From Thermoanaerobaculia bacterium (GTDB lineage: Bacteria; Acidobacteriota; Thermoanaerobaculia; Multivoradales; UBA5704): 64,000 nt of DNA. The stretch is from assembly GCA_036503335.1 (NCBI GenBank), contig DASXXC010000037.1, positions 782-64,781 of the forward strand, in the 5' to 3' direction. This document shows positions 10,301 through 22,300 of the stretch, piece after piece (the first letter of the stretch is position 1; the number at the start of each line of letters is the position of its first letter). The translations under genes were made by a program, and so were the position numbers. The notes beneath the pieces are model-generated. The model was not told the origin of the DNA, did no database searches, and saw only the letters and a program-made list of their open reading frames with translations.

Positions 10301-13300
10301 CGCCGCGTCCGGAGAGAGTGGCACGGCGACGGGACGGGTCCGCTTCGTGGCCCAGGTGGTCCAGCTCAACGTGGTGATGCTCGGCCGCGGCACGGTCCGC
10401 GGCCGCGTCACCTATGACGACGGCACGGTGCCGCCCGGCGCGCGGGTGATCGCCGAGAGCCCGGTCTTCCGCCAGGGACGGTCGGCGAGCCTCGACGCCA
10501 ACGGCAACTACTCGCTGTCCAACGTGGCGGTGGGCACGATCACCCTCTCGGCCACCGACGGCCAGGGGCGGTTCACGGTGACCACCCTCCAGATCCCGGA
10601 CGCCGGCAGCGTGGTGACGCACGACCTGGTGATCCTGCGCCAGCCCGACCAGCCGGTCGCTACCGGCGGCGTGCGCGGCGTGATCTACCGCCCGGACGGC
10701 ACGACGCCGGTCTCCGGGGCCTATGTGGCCCTCTACGTGGACGGCAACCTGGTGGGCGTGAAGCACAGCGCCGGGGACGGCACCTTCGACTTCGGCCTGG
10801 TGCCCGCCGGCCGTGGCGAGGTCGAAACCTTCGAGGGGGCGACCGGCCAGTCGGGCGTGCAGGTCTTCTTCGATATCAAGCCCGATCAGGTCAACCAGGT
10901 CAACCTGGTGATGCAGGACCAGCGCGGGGTGGTCCAGGGCAAGGTCTACCGGAAGAGCGGGTCGGCGGATCCCGTGCCGGTGTTCGGCGCCGTGGTCTGG
11001 GCCGAGGGGACGCCCTTCCAGACCGTCACCGGCCCGGACGGCTTCTACAAGCTGGAGGGGGTCTACACCGGCACCCGCAACATCTCGGCCGCCGATCCGC
11101 AGAAGAAGGTGAAGGTGACCGAGGCGGTGACGGTCGGCGCGGAAGGCCAGGTCGTGGACCGCGACCTCTATTTCCAGGACACCGCGGTCAGCGGCATCGC
11201 CGGTCAGGTCCTGGGCTTCGACGGCAGTCCGGTCGCCGGCGCCACCGTCCACCTGGCGAATGGCGACCAGTACTGGTTCCGCACGGCCACCACCGACAGC
11301 TCCGGCCACTTCCTGATCTCCGATCTCGGCGTCGGCTCCTACGGCGTCCACGCCTTCAAGGGGGCCGCGGGCGGGTCGCAGGGGACGACGGTCCGCTTCG
11401 CCGGCGACACCCCGTTCGTCACCATCCAGTTCAAGAAGGGGGCGATCCACGGCGTGGTGCGGGTCAATACCAACGGCACGCCGGTCGGCACGCGCGCGGT
11501 GATCACCTACCGCACGACCACCGTCCGCCTGGAGCTGGTGGGGCTCGACCTCGAATCGCACACCCTGGAGACCAACGCCGACGGCACGTTCGATCTGCCC
11601 GACGTGCTGGCGGGGCCCTACGTGATCACCGCCACCAACGCCTTCTACGGCAGCAAGACGGTGCGCGGCACGGTGGCCGGCGACGGCACGGAGAGCGTGG
11701 AGGTCACCTTCGACGGCACGGCGACCGGCACGGTACGCGGCGTGGTGCTCGCCCCGGACGGCGTGACGCCGGTTTCCGGCGCCACGGTCAAGCTGCGCCA
11801 TCCGAGCTTCAGCATCTACGACCTGACCACCGGCGCTGACGGCAGCTTCGACTTCGAGCTGGTGCCGCCGGTGGCGGCGTCTTTCCCGGTCGAGGTGACC
11901 GCGAGTGACGGAGTGATCTTCCGCCAGGCCCAGGCCTGGGTGCAGCTCAACAAGCCGGGGCAGGAGCTCGATCTGGAGATCGTGCTGCCCAAGCAGGGCT
12001 CGATCTCCGGCCAGGTGCAGGACGCCAACGGCACGCCGGTGCCGGGCGCCGTTGTAACCCTCCAGGAGGGCTCGTACCCCCGCCGCAACCTGATTGTCAA
12101 CGCCGACGCGGGGGGGAATTTCGCTTATCAGAACGTCTTCGCCGGCACGGTCACCCTGTCTGCCAAGGCGCCGGCGCTCGGCGGGCTGGGCGGCAAGACC
12201 ACCACCGAGATCACGGCGGAAGGGCAGGAGGTCACCGGAGTGGTGATCTCTCTGGAGCCGACCGGCGGCATCGCCGGCCTGGTGACCAGCCCGGTGGACG
12301 GCTCGGCGGTCCCCTCGGCCGAGGTCCATCTGATGCGCGGTGGCCGGCTGTTCGACACCGTCACCGCCGGTCCCGACGGCCGCTTCGAATTCTCGCTGCT
12401 GCCGTTGGCCAGTTACGACGTGACGGCGTTCGACCCCCGCACCGGCCGCTTCGGCCGGCGGCTCGGCGTCGCCGTGATCGCCAACGTGACAGCGGCGGGC
12501 GATCTGCAACTAGAGGCCCGCGGGAGCGTGACCGGCCACCTCTACGAGGCGGGCACCACCGCCGGCGTGCCGGGGGGGACCATCCGGCTGCAGGCTTATT
12601 CGATCACCGGCTTCACCACCTACAGCAGCACGGACGCCGACGGCGTCTATGAATTCCAGGGGATCCCGCAAGGGAAATTCGACCTCTTCGGCCGCGAGCC
12701 GGTCGGGCGGCGGCGCGCCACCGGCCGGGGGGAGATCGTGAGTGAGGGTCAGCAGGTGACGGTCGACCTCTATCTCGACCCCCAGGCCATCCTGTTCGGG
12801 AGCGTCCTCAATCCCATCGGCGCCGCGGACGGCGTGTTCCCGAACGCCAACACCGTGATCTACCAGGACGGCCAGATCATCGGCGCCACCCTGGACAGCA
12901 ACTACTCGTTCCCGGGTGTCGTCGTCGGCCGTCCCTATGAGCTCTATGCCCAGGAGGTCGGAGGCCCGCATCAGGGACAGGTGCTCGGCACGCTCACCCA
13001 GGACGGCCAGGTGCGGGTGGACGTCCGCATGCACCCGCTCGGCTCGGTCGTGATCAACGTGGTGGACAGCTTCGGCCATCCGGTCCCCGGCGCCCACGTC
13101 GACCTGTGGGACCAGGGGTTCTACGGTGACTACACCCACTCCACGCGTTTCCAGGGGGACACCGGGAGCGACAATTCGATCACCTTCCAGACCGTGGGTG
13201 AGGGGAAGCTCTCCGTCTACGTCACCGATCCGGTGACCGGTCTCAAGGGCTCGGCGGGAGGCTGGCTGACCCAGGAAGGGCAGATCGTCGAGCTCAACGT

Positions 13301-16300
13301 CGCCTTGCAGAATTCCGCCGCCATCACCGGCCACACCGTGCTGGCGGACGGCACCACGCCCGCCGCCCAGGCGCTGGTCGCCGTTCAGGCGGGGGGGCTG
13401 ACGCTGACCGTCTATACGGACGACGCCGGGGCGTTCACCCTCTCGTCGATCCCGCTGGGCAGCTACCTGCTGGTCCTGGAGGAGCACCTGGGGCCGGGCA
13501 CTCGCGAGGCGCGCGGCAACCTGACCGCCAACGGCCAGGTGCTCGACCTCGGCACGCTGGTGCTCGACACGGTCGATCCGCAGGTGGTCGGCGTCACGCC
13601 GGCTCCGGGGGCCGTGGATGTCTCCCGCAACGCCACGGTGACCGTGCGCTTCAGCGAGCCCATGGATACCGTCCGCGACTTCGCGAACAACATGGTGCGC
13701 CTCTTCGACGCGGCGGGCAACGGCGTTGCCACCGACAACGTCTGGCAGGACGGCGATACCGCGATGCTGATGACACCGCGACAGCCGCTGGCGAACGCCT
13801 CGATCTTCCAGGTCCGGGTCGACCGCTCACGGATCTTCGACAAGGCCGGCCGGCAGCTCACGCAAGGCGTGCAGACCACCTTCACCACCGCGGACCAGGT
13901 GCCGCCGGCGGTGATCGCGGTCACCCCCGCCAACAACGCCCGGCAGGTGCCGCTCGCCTCGCCGGTGAAGGTGACCTTCAGCGAGGTGGTCAATCCGTCG
14001 ACCCTCTCGGGCTCCGCCCTGCAATTGACGGACGTGACGGCCGGCGCCGGCGTCACCACCACCTTCCTGGCCGATCCGACGAATAGGACCGTGACGGTGA
14101 CGCCGGCCACGGGCCTGGTGGACGGCCACCGGTATCAACTCACCGTCCAGGGGGTCGCCGATACGGTCGGCAACGCGATGACCGTGCCGTTCAGCACGGC
14201 CTTCCAGGCGCTGGACGCCACCGCCCCCGCGATCACGGTGACCTCGCCCGCCGAAGGGGCGCAGGCCACCTCCGGCGACCGGCTGACCGTGAGCGCGGAC
14301 GTGACCGACCTCTCGGCGGTGACCGGCGTCACGCTGCGGGCGGGTACGTGGGTGCTGACGAAGACCGCCGCCCCCTACTCCTGGCAGATCCCGGCGCCCG
14401 CCGTCACCACCGCGGGCCCGGTCTCCCTGCAGGTCGAGGCGGTCGACGAATGGGGCAACCGCGCCACGGCCACGCGCACCCTCCAGGTCTCGCCGCGCGC
14501 CAACGCGAACGCTCCCCAGGTGGCGATCCTCTGCCTGCCGGGCTCGGTGCCGCCGGGCCTCGAGATGGCGGTGCCCTTCCACGCCTCCGACGACGAGAGC
14601 GTCGCCAGCTATCGGCTGCTCGTGAACGGCCAGGAGACGGCGAGCGTGCCGCTGGCCGATCAGGCGTCCGTCGATTCGTCCTTCCTGTGGACGGTCCCGG
14701 CGTCGGCCCAGCCCGGGGACGCCTTCACCCTGCGGATCGAGGCCACCGATTTCGCCGGCAACGTGGGCACGGCGGAGGCGGCTGTCACGGTCGCGGCCGG
14801 GACCTTGCTGACGGCCAGCCGGACGCTCGACGTCTCGTTCGCGGGCCAGGCCCTGGTGCTCTCCCAGGGGACTTTCACCCTCACCGCCCCGCTGCGCCTC
14901 TCCGCGCTGACGCTGACCCGCGGAGCGCGGCTGACCGCGGCGGCGGGGAGCCGGCTGGACCTCACCGTCGACGGCCGCCTCGACGTCGGCTGCGACGCCT
15001 CGATCGACGCCTCGAAGCTCGGCTTTGCCGGCGGGACCGGCCAGCACACGGCGGGCTATGCGCCGGACGGCGTGACCGGCTCCCAGGGAGACTCCGGAGG
15101 CTCGCACGGTGGCGTGGGCGATCAGGGCGGAGCCACCGGAGCGCCGGGCGCCGTCTATGACGGCGTCTATCAGCCGGCCCTGGGCGGCGCCGGCGGCGCC
15201 TTCTACAACAACCAGCTCGGCTCGAAGGCCGGCGCCGGAGGCGGCGTGATCTCCCTGACCGCCGGTGAGCTGGTGCTCGAGGGCCGCATCGTGGCCCAGG
15301 GCGAGACCCGTCCGGCCTCCAGTGAGCTCGGCGGGGGCGGCGCGGGCGGCGCGGTGTCCGTGCGGGTGACCACGCTGCGCGGCGGCGGCTCGATCGAGGC
15401 CTCGGGCGGCGATGCCGGCAACTGCTCGGCGGGGGCCGGTGGCGGCGGCCGGGTGGCGTTGCAGGCCGGCAGCCTGTCGGGCTTCGACCCCGGCACCCAG
15501 GTGAAGGCCTGGGGCGGCACCCACCCTGGCTGCAACGGGCTGGCGGCGAAGTACGCGGCTCCGGGCACGGTCTATGTCGTCGACTCGACGTCCACCTACG
15601 GCCGGCTGATCGTGGACGCCGGCCAAGCCGGCGGCGCCGACCGCACCGGTCCGGCCACCGAGCTGCCGGCTCTCGGCACGGGCGCGGTCACCGCCTGGTC
15701 GGTCGCCGGGGCGGACGCCTGGGTGAGCGCAGCGGCGCCGTTCAAGCCGGAGTGGCTGGGCGCCTGGATGGTCCTCAAGGACGGCTCGGGCACGGCGTTG
15801 GGCGGCGGCTTCAAGGTCGTCGAGATCGACGCCCAGGGCCGGGCGCGGCTGGCCGGCGCCGCAGCGGTCTCCGGGGCGGCGGCTTGGTCGGGCGAGTACC
15901 GCTTCGACAGCGTCGACCTGCGCCACGGCGCGGGCCTGCGCAGCACCACGCCGGTTTCCGGACAGGAGGTCCTCCTCCAGGGCGACGTGGCGGTGACCGG
16001 CGACGTGACGGCCGTGAACGTCACGGTCCAGGCCGGCGCCCGCGTGCATCCGGTGACGGGCGGGACGATGCGCTTCCACGTGGGCGGCCGGATGACCGTG
16101 GAATCCGGCGCCGTGCTGGACGTCCGCAACCTCGGCTATGCCGGAGGCGAGAAGGTCCACCACCCGGCGGGCTACGGGCCCGCGGGCTTGACCACCTCAC
16201 AACCCTCGACCGGCGGCTCCCACGGCGGCGCGGGTGGAGCCGGAGTGAGCGATTCGGGCTCGGCCGGGGCTGTGTTCGACAGCGTCTACGAGCCGGGTCT

Positions 16301-19300
16301 CGGCGGTGGTGGCGGCGGAGTCCGTGCGAGCAGCTTCTACGGCAACTTCGGCGGCGCGGGCGGCGGGCTGGTCGCGATCGATGCCGCCGAGCTCGATCTC
16401 GAAGGCCAGATCCTGGCTTCCGGCGAGACCCGGCCCAACCAGGAATGGGGCGGTGGCGGCGCGGGCGGCACGGTCGCCGTCCAGGCCGGGACGCTGCGCG
16501 GCGCCGGCTCCATCGACGTCTCCGGTGGTGACGCGAGCGGGTGCGGCAATTCCGGCGGCGGCGGTGGCGGCGGCCGGGTGGCGCTCCAGGTCCAGACCTT
16601 CGCCGGGTTCGACCCGTCAGCGCAGGTGAAAGCCTGGGGCGGCGTGCGCAAGGACTGCGAGGGGACGATCAACCAGGCCTACTCCTTCGGCGCGGCCGGC
16701 ACGATCTACGCCGCCGACTCCACCTCCACCTACGGCCGCCTGATCCTCGACGCCGGCCAGCAGAACGGGGCCGACCGCACCGGCGTGGCGACCGAGCTGC
16801 CGGAGCTGGCGGGGGGCGCCGTCGCCGGCTTCCAGGCCGACGGGACGGACGCCTGGGTGACCGCGGCGGCTCCCTTCCAGCCCGAGTGGCTCGGCGCCTG
16901 GATGACGCTCCAGGACGCGGCCGGCGCGCCTCTCGGCGGCGGCTTCCAGGTGGCGGAGATCGACGCGCAGGGCCGGGCGCGGCTGGCCGGTGCCGGCGGG
17001 GTGAGCGGCGCCGCGAGCTACCGGGGCGAGTACCGGTTCGACACCGTAGCCTTGAGCCACGGCGCCGGGCTGTGGAGCCGCTCCCCGGTCACTGCGCAGG
17101 ACATGACCCTCGCCGGCACGGCGACCATGGGCGACGGCGTCTCAGCGGGGAGCCTGACAGTCCTCGCGGGCGCCGTGGTGCGGCCGGTCTCCGGGCAGAC
17201 CCTCCACCTCAAGACCACCGGCACCCTGACCGTGCAGGCCGGCGGACGCCTCGACGTCACCGGTCTCGGGTATCCGGGCTCCGGGCACAGCAACGTGGAC
17301 GGCGGCTCTCCCTCCGGCGTGCAGGGCGCCCAGGGGGGCGCGGGTGGCGGCCACGGCGGCACCGGCGCCACCGCGGCTGGGGCCTCCGCCAACGGCGAGG
17401 TCTATGACAGCCTGTTCACCCCCGCGCTGGGCGGCGGCGGCGGCTCCTACGCGGGCATCTACTACAGCCTGCCCGGGGTGGCGGGCGGCGGCGCCGTCCA
17501 GATCGAGGCCGGCACGCTCGACCTCGAAGGCGAGATCCGGGCCCGCGGCGTGGACGACGACGACACCGCCAACGCCGCCGGGGCCGGTGGCGCCGTGTGG
17601 ATCACGGCGGGAGCTCTCACGGGCGCCGGCAAGATCGATGCCTCCGGCGGCTTCGCCCGCTCCTGCTTCTACCAGCGGGACGTCGGCAGCGGTGGCGGCG
17701 GCCGTGTGGCCCTGAGCGTGGGAGCCTTCACCGGCTTCGATCCCGTCACCCAGGTGCTGGCGCAGGGCGGTGGGCGCTACAACTGCGACCGCTCCAGCGC
17801 CACCTACGCCGCCCCGGGGACGGTGTTCTCCAAGCTCCCCTCGCAGACCTACGGCGCCCTCCGCGTCGACCAGGGGGCGGGAGCCACGGGCTCGCCCGCG
17901 GTGGCCTCCACGGCCCTCCCCAGGATCGGCCGCGGGACGGTCGGCGCCGTCACGGCCGCCGGCTCCGACCTCTGGATCACGCCGGCGGATGCCACGGCGA
18001 AATTCAGCCTCGGCGTCCCCGGGATGTGGGTCACGGCCGGCAGCGCGGACTACCTGGTGACCGACGAGAGCGCGGACCGGCGGCAACTGCGGCTGGCCGG
18101 AGCGGCCGGCCACGTGGCGGTGGGAGACGCGTACCATGGCGTCTACAAGCTCGACGCCCTGAGTGTGGCGGGTGGCGCGCGGCTGGTCTTCGGCAACGAC
18201 GTGGCGACCGTCACCGGCGCCACCACCGTGGACCCGAGCTCGTCGATCCAGTACGCCGACTACAACGCCCCGGCGGTCACGATCAGCCAGCCCTCGGCCA
18301 CGACCTTCACGGCCGGCGATCCGATCACGGCGGCGGCCACGGCCTCGGACGACGTGGCGGTGAGCCAGGTCACGTTTAGCCTGGGCGGGAGCAGCTTCAC
18401 CGACTCCCAGTCCCCCTACCAGTGGTCGACCTCCGCGCCGCCGGTGGCCACGGCCACCGACCTGGACCTCCGCGCCGAGGCGACCGACTCCTCGGGCAAC
18501 GTCGGCGTGGCCACGCGGACCCTCCATATCCAGCCGCTGGCGCCCACGACTCCACCGTCGGTCTCCTTCCTCTATCCGGGCGCCGGAGGGCTGCTGCCGG
18601 TGGGGGTGGGGCTCGACCTCCAGCTCCAGGCCACCGACGACCGGGGCGTCCAGAGGGTGGAGCTCTACGTCGACAACGGTGCGGCGCCGGTGACGGTGCT
18701 GACCGCGGCGCCCTACACCTACCACCTGAGCGCTCCGGCCGGCGTGGTGGACGGGCAGATCCTCAACCTGCGGGCGGTCGCCTACGACTACTCGCTGCAG
18801 ACGGCCGAGGCCACGGTCTCCGTCCGGGTGGTCCAGGGGACGGTGATCTCCCAGAGCCAGGTCCTGTCGGCGACGGACACCAGCCTCGACAACACGACGG
18901 TGATCCTCTCGGGGAGCGCCATTCTGACCGTCACCGGCTCCCATACCTTCCGCGATCTGGTGGTGCTGAACGGCACGAAGGTCACTCACCCGGCGACCAC
19001 CGCGGCCCAGGAGTACCACCTCGATTTGACGATCCAGCGCGACCTCTTCGTGGCTCAGGGGGGCACGATCGACGTCAGCGGCCGCGGGTACCTGGGAGGC
19101 TCCGGTAGTCAGCGGGCCTACGGCTACGGCAATGTCCAGACCGAGGGGGCCAACCCCGGCATCGGCGGCAGCCACGGCGGCCGGGGCGGCTCGTTCGACG
19201 GCTCCGGCCCGGTCTACGGCAGCTTCTACGATCCGTCCGACCCGGGCGCGGGGGGAGGCGCGAGCACCTCCTACGGCGGGGCGAGCGGCGGTGGCGTGGT

Positions 19301-22300
19301 GCGCGTGACGGTCACCGGCAACGTGGTGATCGACGGCACGGTCCTGGCCAACGGCGCATCCGGCGCCCTCGGGGCCGGTGGCGCGGGCGGCTCCATCCGT
19401 CTCAATGGCGCGGCCATCCGCGGCGCCGGCTCCATCCAGGCCTCGGGAACCGGGAGCTCCGGCGGTACCTATGGCGGCGGCAGCGGCGGCCGGATCGCCC
19501 TCTACGCGGCGACGATCGACTCCGGGCTGGTCAGCCGGACGGTGGCCGCGGGCGCCAAGACCCCATCCAACAGTCCGGCGACCTGGGGCGCGGCGGGGAC
19601 GGTCTTCGTCAAGCCGGACAGCCAGACCTTCGGCGACCTGATCCTCGACAACGCCGGCACCGCCTCGTCGCAGCTCACCGAGCTGCTGCCGGTGGGCAGC
19701 GGCGTCATCGACGCGGTCTCCGCCGACGGCCTCACCTTCACCGACAACGAAGCCGACTTCCGGCACATCCTCGGGGCCGCCGACGCGGTCTTCAATGGCG
19801 ACCTCGCGCACCCGTGCCCGATCGCCGGGAACGACCATCACGGCAAGAGCCTCATCCTGAAGACGCCGCTCGCGGCGACCTGCACGGCGCTGCCTCACGT
19901 CAACGATACCTATCAGGGACTCTATCGCTTCAACCGGTTGATCGTCCGCAACGGCGCCCAGGGGATCGCCCGCGATACGGTGACGCTGGCCTCGCCCAAC
20001 ACGCCGGAGGTCGCGAGCGGCTCGAGCTGGAGCTCCGGGTATGCGCCGTCGCTCCAGATCACCAGCCCGGCGGCGGGGTCGAGCTTCACCTCCGGCGCCA
20101 ACGTCCCGGCGGCGGTGAGCGTCACGGACGCGCTCGGCGTCGCGAACGTAGCCTGGAGCTTCGCCAGCCAGAGCTCCACCGTCACGAGCTCGCCCTATTC
20201 GTGGACGGCCATCGCGCCGGAGGTCACGCAGGCGACCGACTTCCAGCTCACGGCGACCGCCACGGACCTCTCGGGCAACCGGCTCACCGCGAGCCAGACC
20301 GTGCACGTCAATCCGGCCGTCGACCCGGCAGCCCCCTTGGTGACGCTGGTGAGCTGCGGCGCGAGCGGCGTGCCCAATTCCGTGAATCCCGGCGACCTCG
20401 TGGCGCCGGGAGTGGCCATCGCCGTCCCGTTCGTGGCGGTGGACGATCAGGCGGTGCAGAGCTACTCCCTGGTGGTCGACGGGACGACGGTGCAGACGGT
20501 CGGCAACCTCAACCAGGCCTCTGTCTCGGCGAGCCTGACCTGGACGCCGCCGGCCAACACCGCGCCGGGGACCACCTTCAACCTGCGCGTCGAGGCCCGC
20601 GACTACTCGGGCAAGGTGGGCTCCACGACGCTGACTCTGTCGGTGCCTACGGGGACGGTCCTCACCGGCACCCAGAGCCTCACCTCGGCGGTGAACGGCC
20701 AGCCGCTCATCCTGGGCGGTGGAACCTTCACCGTCCAGCAGCCGATCAGCCCCACGTCTCTGCGGCTGCTCAGCGGCGCCAGGGTGGTGGGGGCAGGCCT
20801 CTCCGGTGCCACGGTGAGCATCAACACCACGCCGGGCGCGCTCATCGTCCAGTGTGGCGCCGTTCTGGACATGAGCGCTCTGGGTTACACGGGCTCGGCG
20901 TCGGCGACCGTGGCGGGCGGCGCGCCCGCGGGGGTGACGGGCTCGGCCTCGGATTCGGGCGGCAGCCACGGTGGCACGGGCCAGGTGTATGGCAATCCGG
21001 GACCGGCCGGCGCGGTGTTCGACAGCGTCTACCAGCCGCAGCTCGGAGGCGGGGGAGGCTCGCTGAGGAGCACCAACACCGGGCAGCGGCATGGCGGCAA
21101 CGGCGGCGGCCTGCTGATCCTCAACGTGGGCCAGCTGGTGCTCGACGGCCAGATCTGGTCGAAGGGGGAGCAGCGGACCAGTGACTCCTATGGCCAGTCG
21201 TCGGGCGCGGGCGGCAGCGTGCAGATCACGGCGGGGACGCTCTCCGGGTCGGGCCTGATCGACGTCTCGGGTGGCGACTACCAGTCCGCCTCCTACTACG
21301 GCGCCAGTGGCGGCGGCGGGCGGGTGGCGCTGTACGTGGGCTCCTTCTCCGGCTTCGATCCGGTCACGCAGGTGAAGGCGTGGGGCGGCACGACGTGGAA
21401 CAACACGACGGCGAGGCTGTACGCCGGCCCGGGGACGGTCTTCGTCAAGACCGCCGCGGACACCTACGGCCGCCTGATCGTGGACAGCGGCAAGGAGACG
21501 GGTGGGGTGGAGCGGGTCGGTCCGCAGACGCCGCTGCCTTCACTGGGGACCGGGGCGGTGACGGCGTTCCAGGCGCAAGGCGCGGACGCCTGGGTGAGCG
21601 CCGCCGCGGCGTTCAACCCGCAGTGGCTGGGGGCGTGGATGGCGCTGGTGGACGCCTCGGGCGCTTCGCTCGGCTCGTTCCAGGTGCAATCGATCGACAC
21701 GTCCGGGCGGGTGAAGCTGACGGGCGCGGGCGGGGTGACGGGCGCGGCTCAATACCGGGGCCAGTACCGGTTCGACCGGCTCGACCTCGTGGGTGGATCG
21801 GGGGTCACCAGCGGTGACGAGCTCATCGTGGGGAACGTCTACGCCGAGTCGAAGGGGCGGCTGCCCGTTTCGCTGACGGCGACGAACCTGACAGTCAAGG
21901 CCGGCGCCTCGCCGGTGACGGTGGCGCAGGGCGGGACGCTGAGCCTGACGGTCTCCGGGACGTTGACGGTGGAGTCGGGCGCCGTTCTGGACATGAGCGC
22001 TCTGGGGTACGCGGGCTCGGCGTCGGCGACCGTGGCGGGCGGCGCCCCCGCGGGGGTGACGGGCTCGGCCTCGGATTCGGGCGGCAGCCATGGCGGGACG
22101 GGCCAGGTGTATGGCAATCCGGGACCGGCCGGCGCGGTGTTCGACAGCGTCTACCAGCCACAGCTCGGAGGCGGGGGAGGCTCGCTGAGGAGCACCAACA
22201 CCGGGCAGCGGCATGGCGGCAACGGCGGCGGCGTGGTGGCTCTCAACGTGGGCCAGTTGGTGCTCGACGGGCAGATCTGGTCGAAGGGGGAGCAGCGGTC

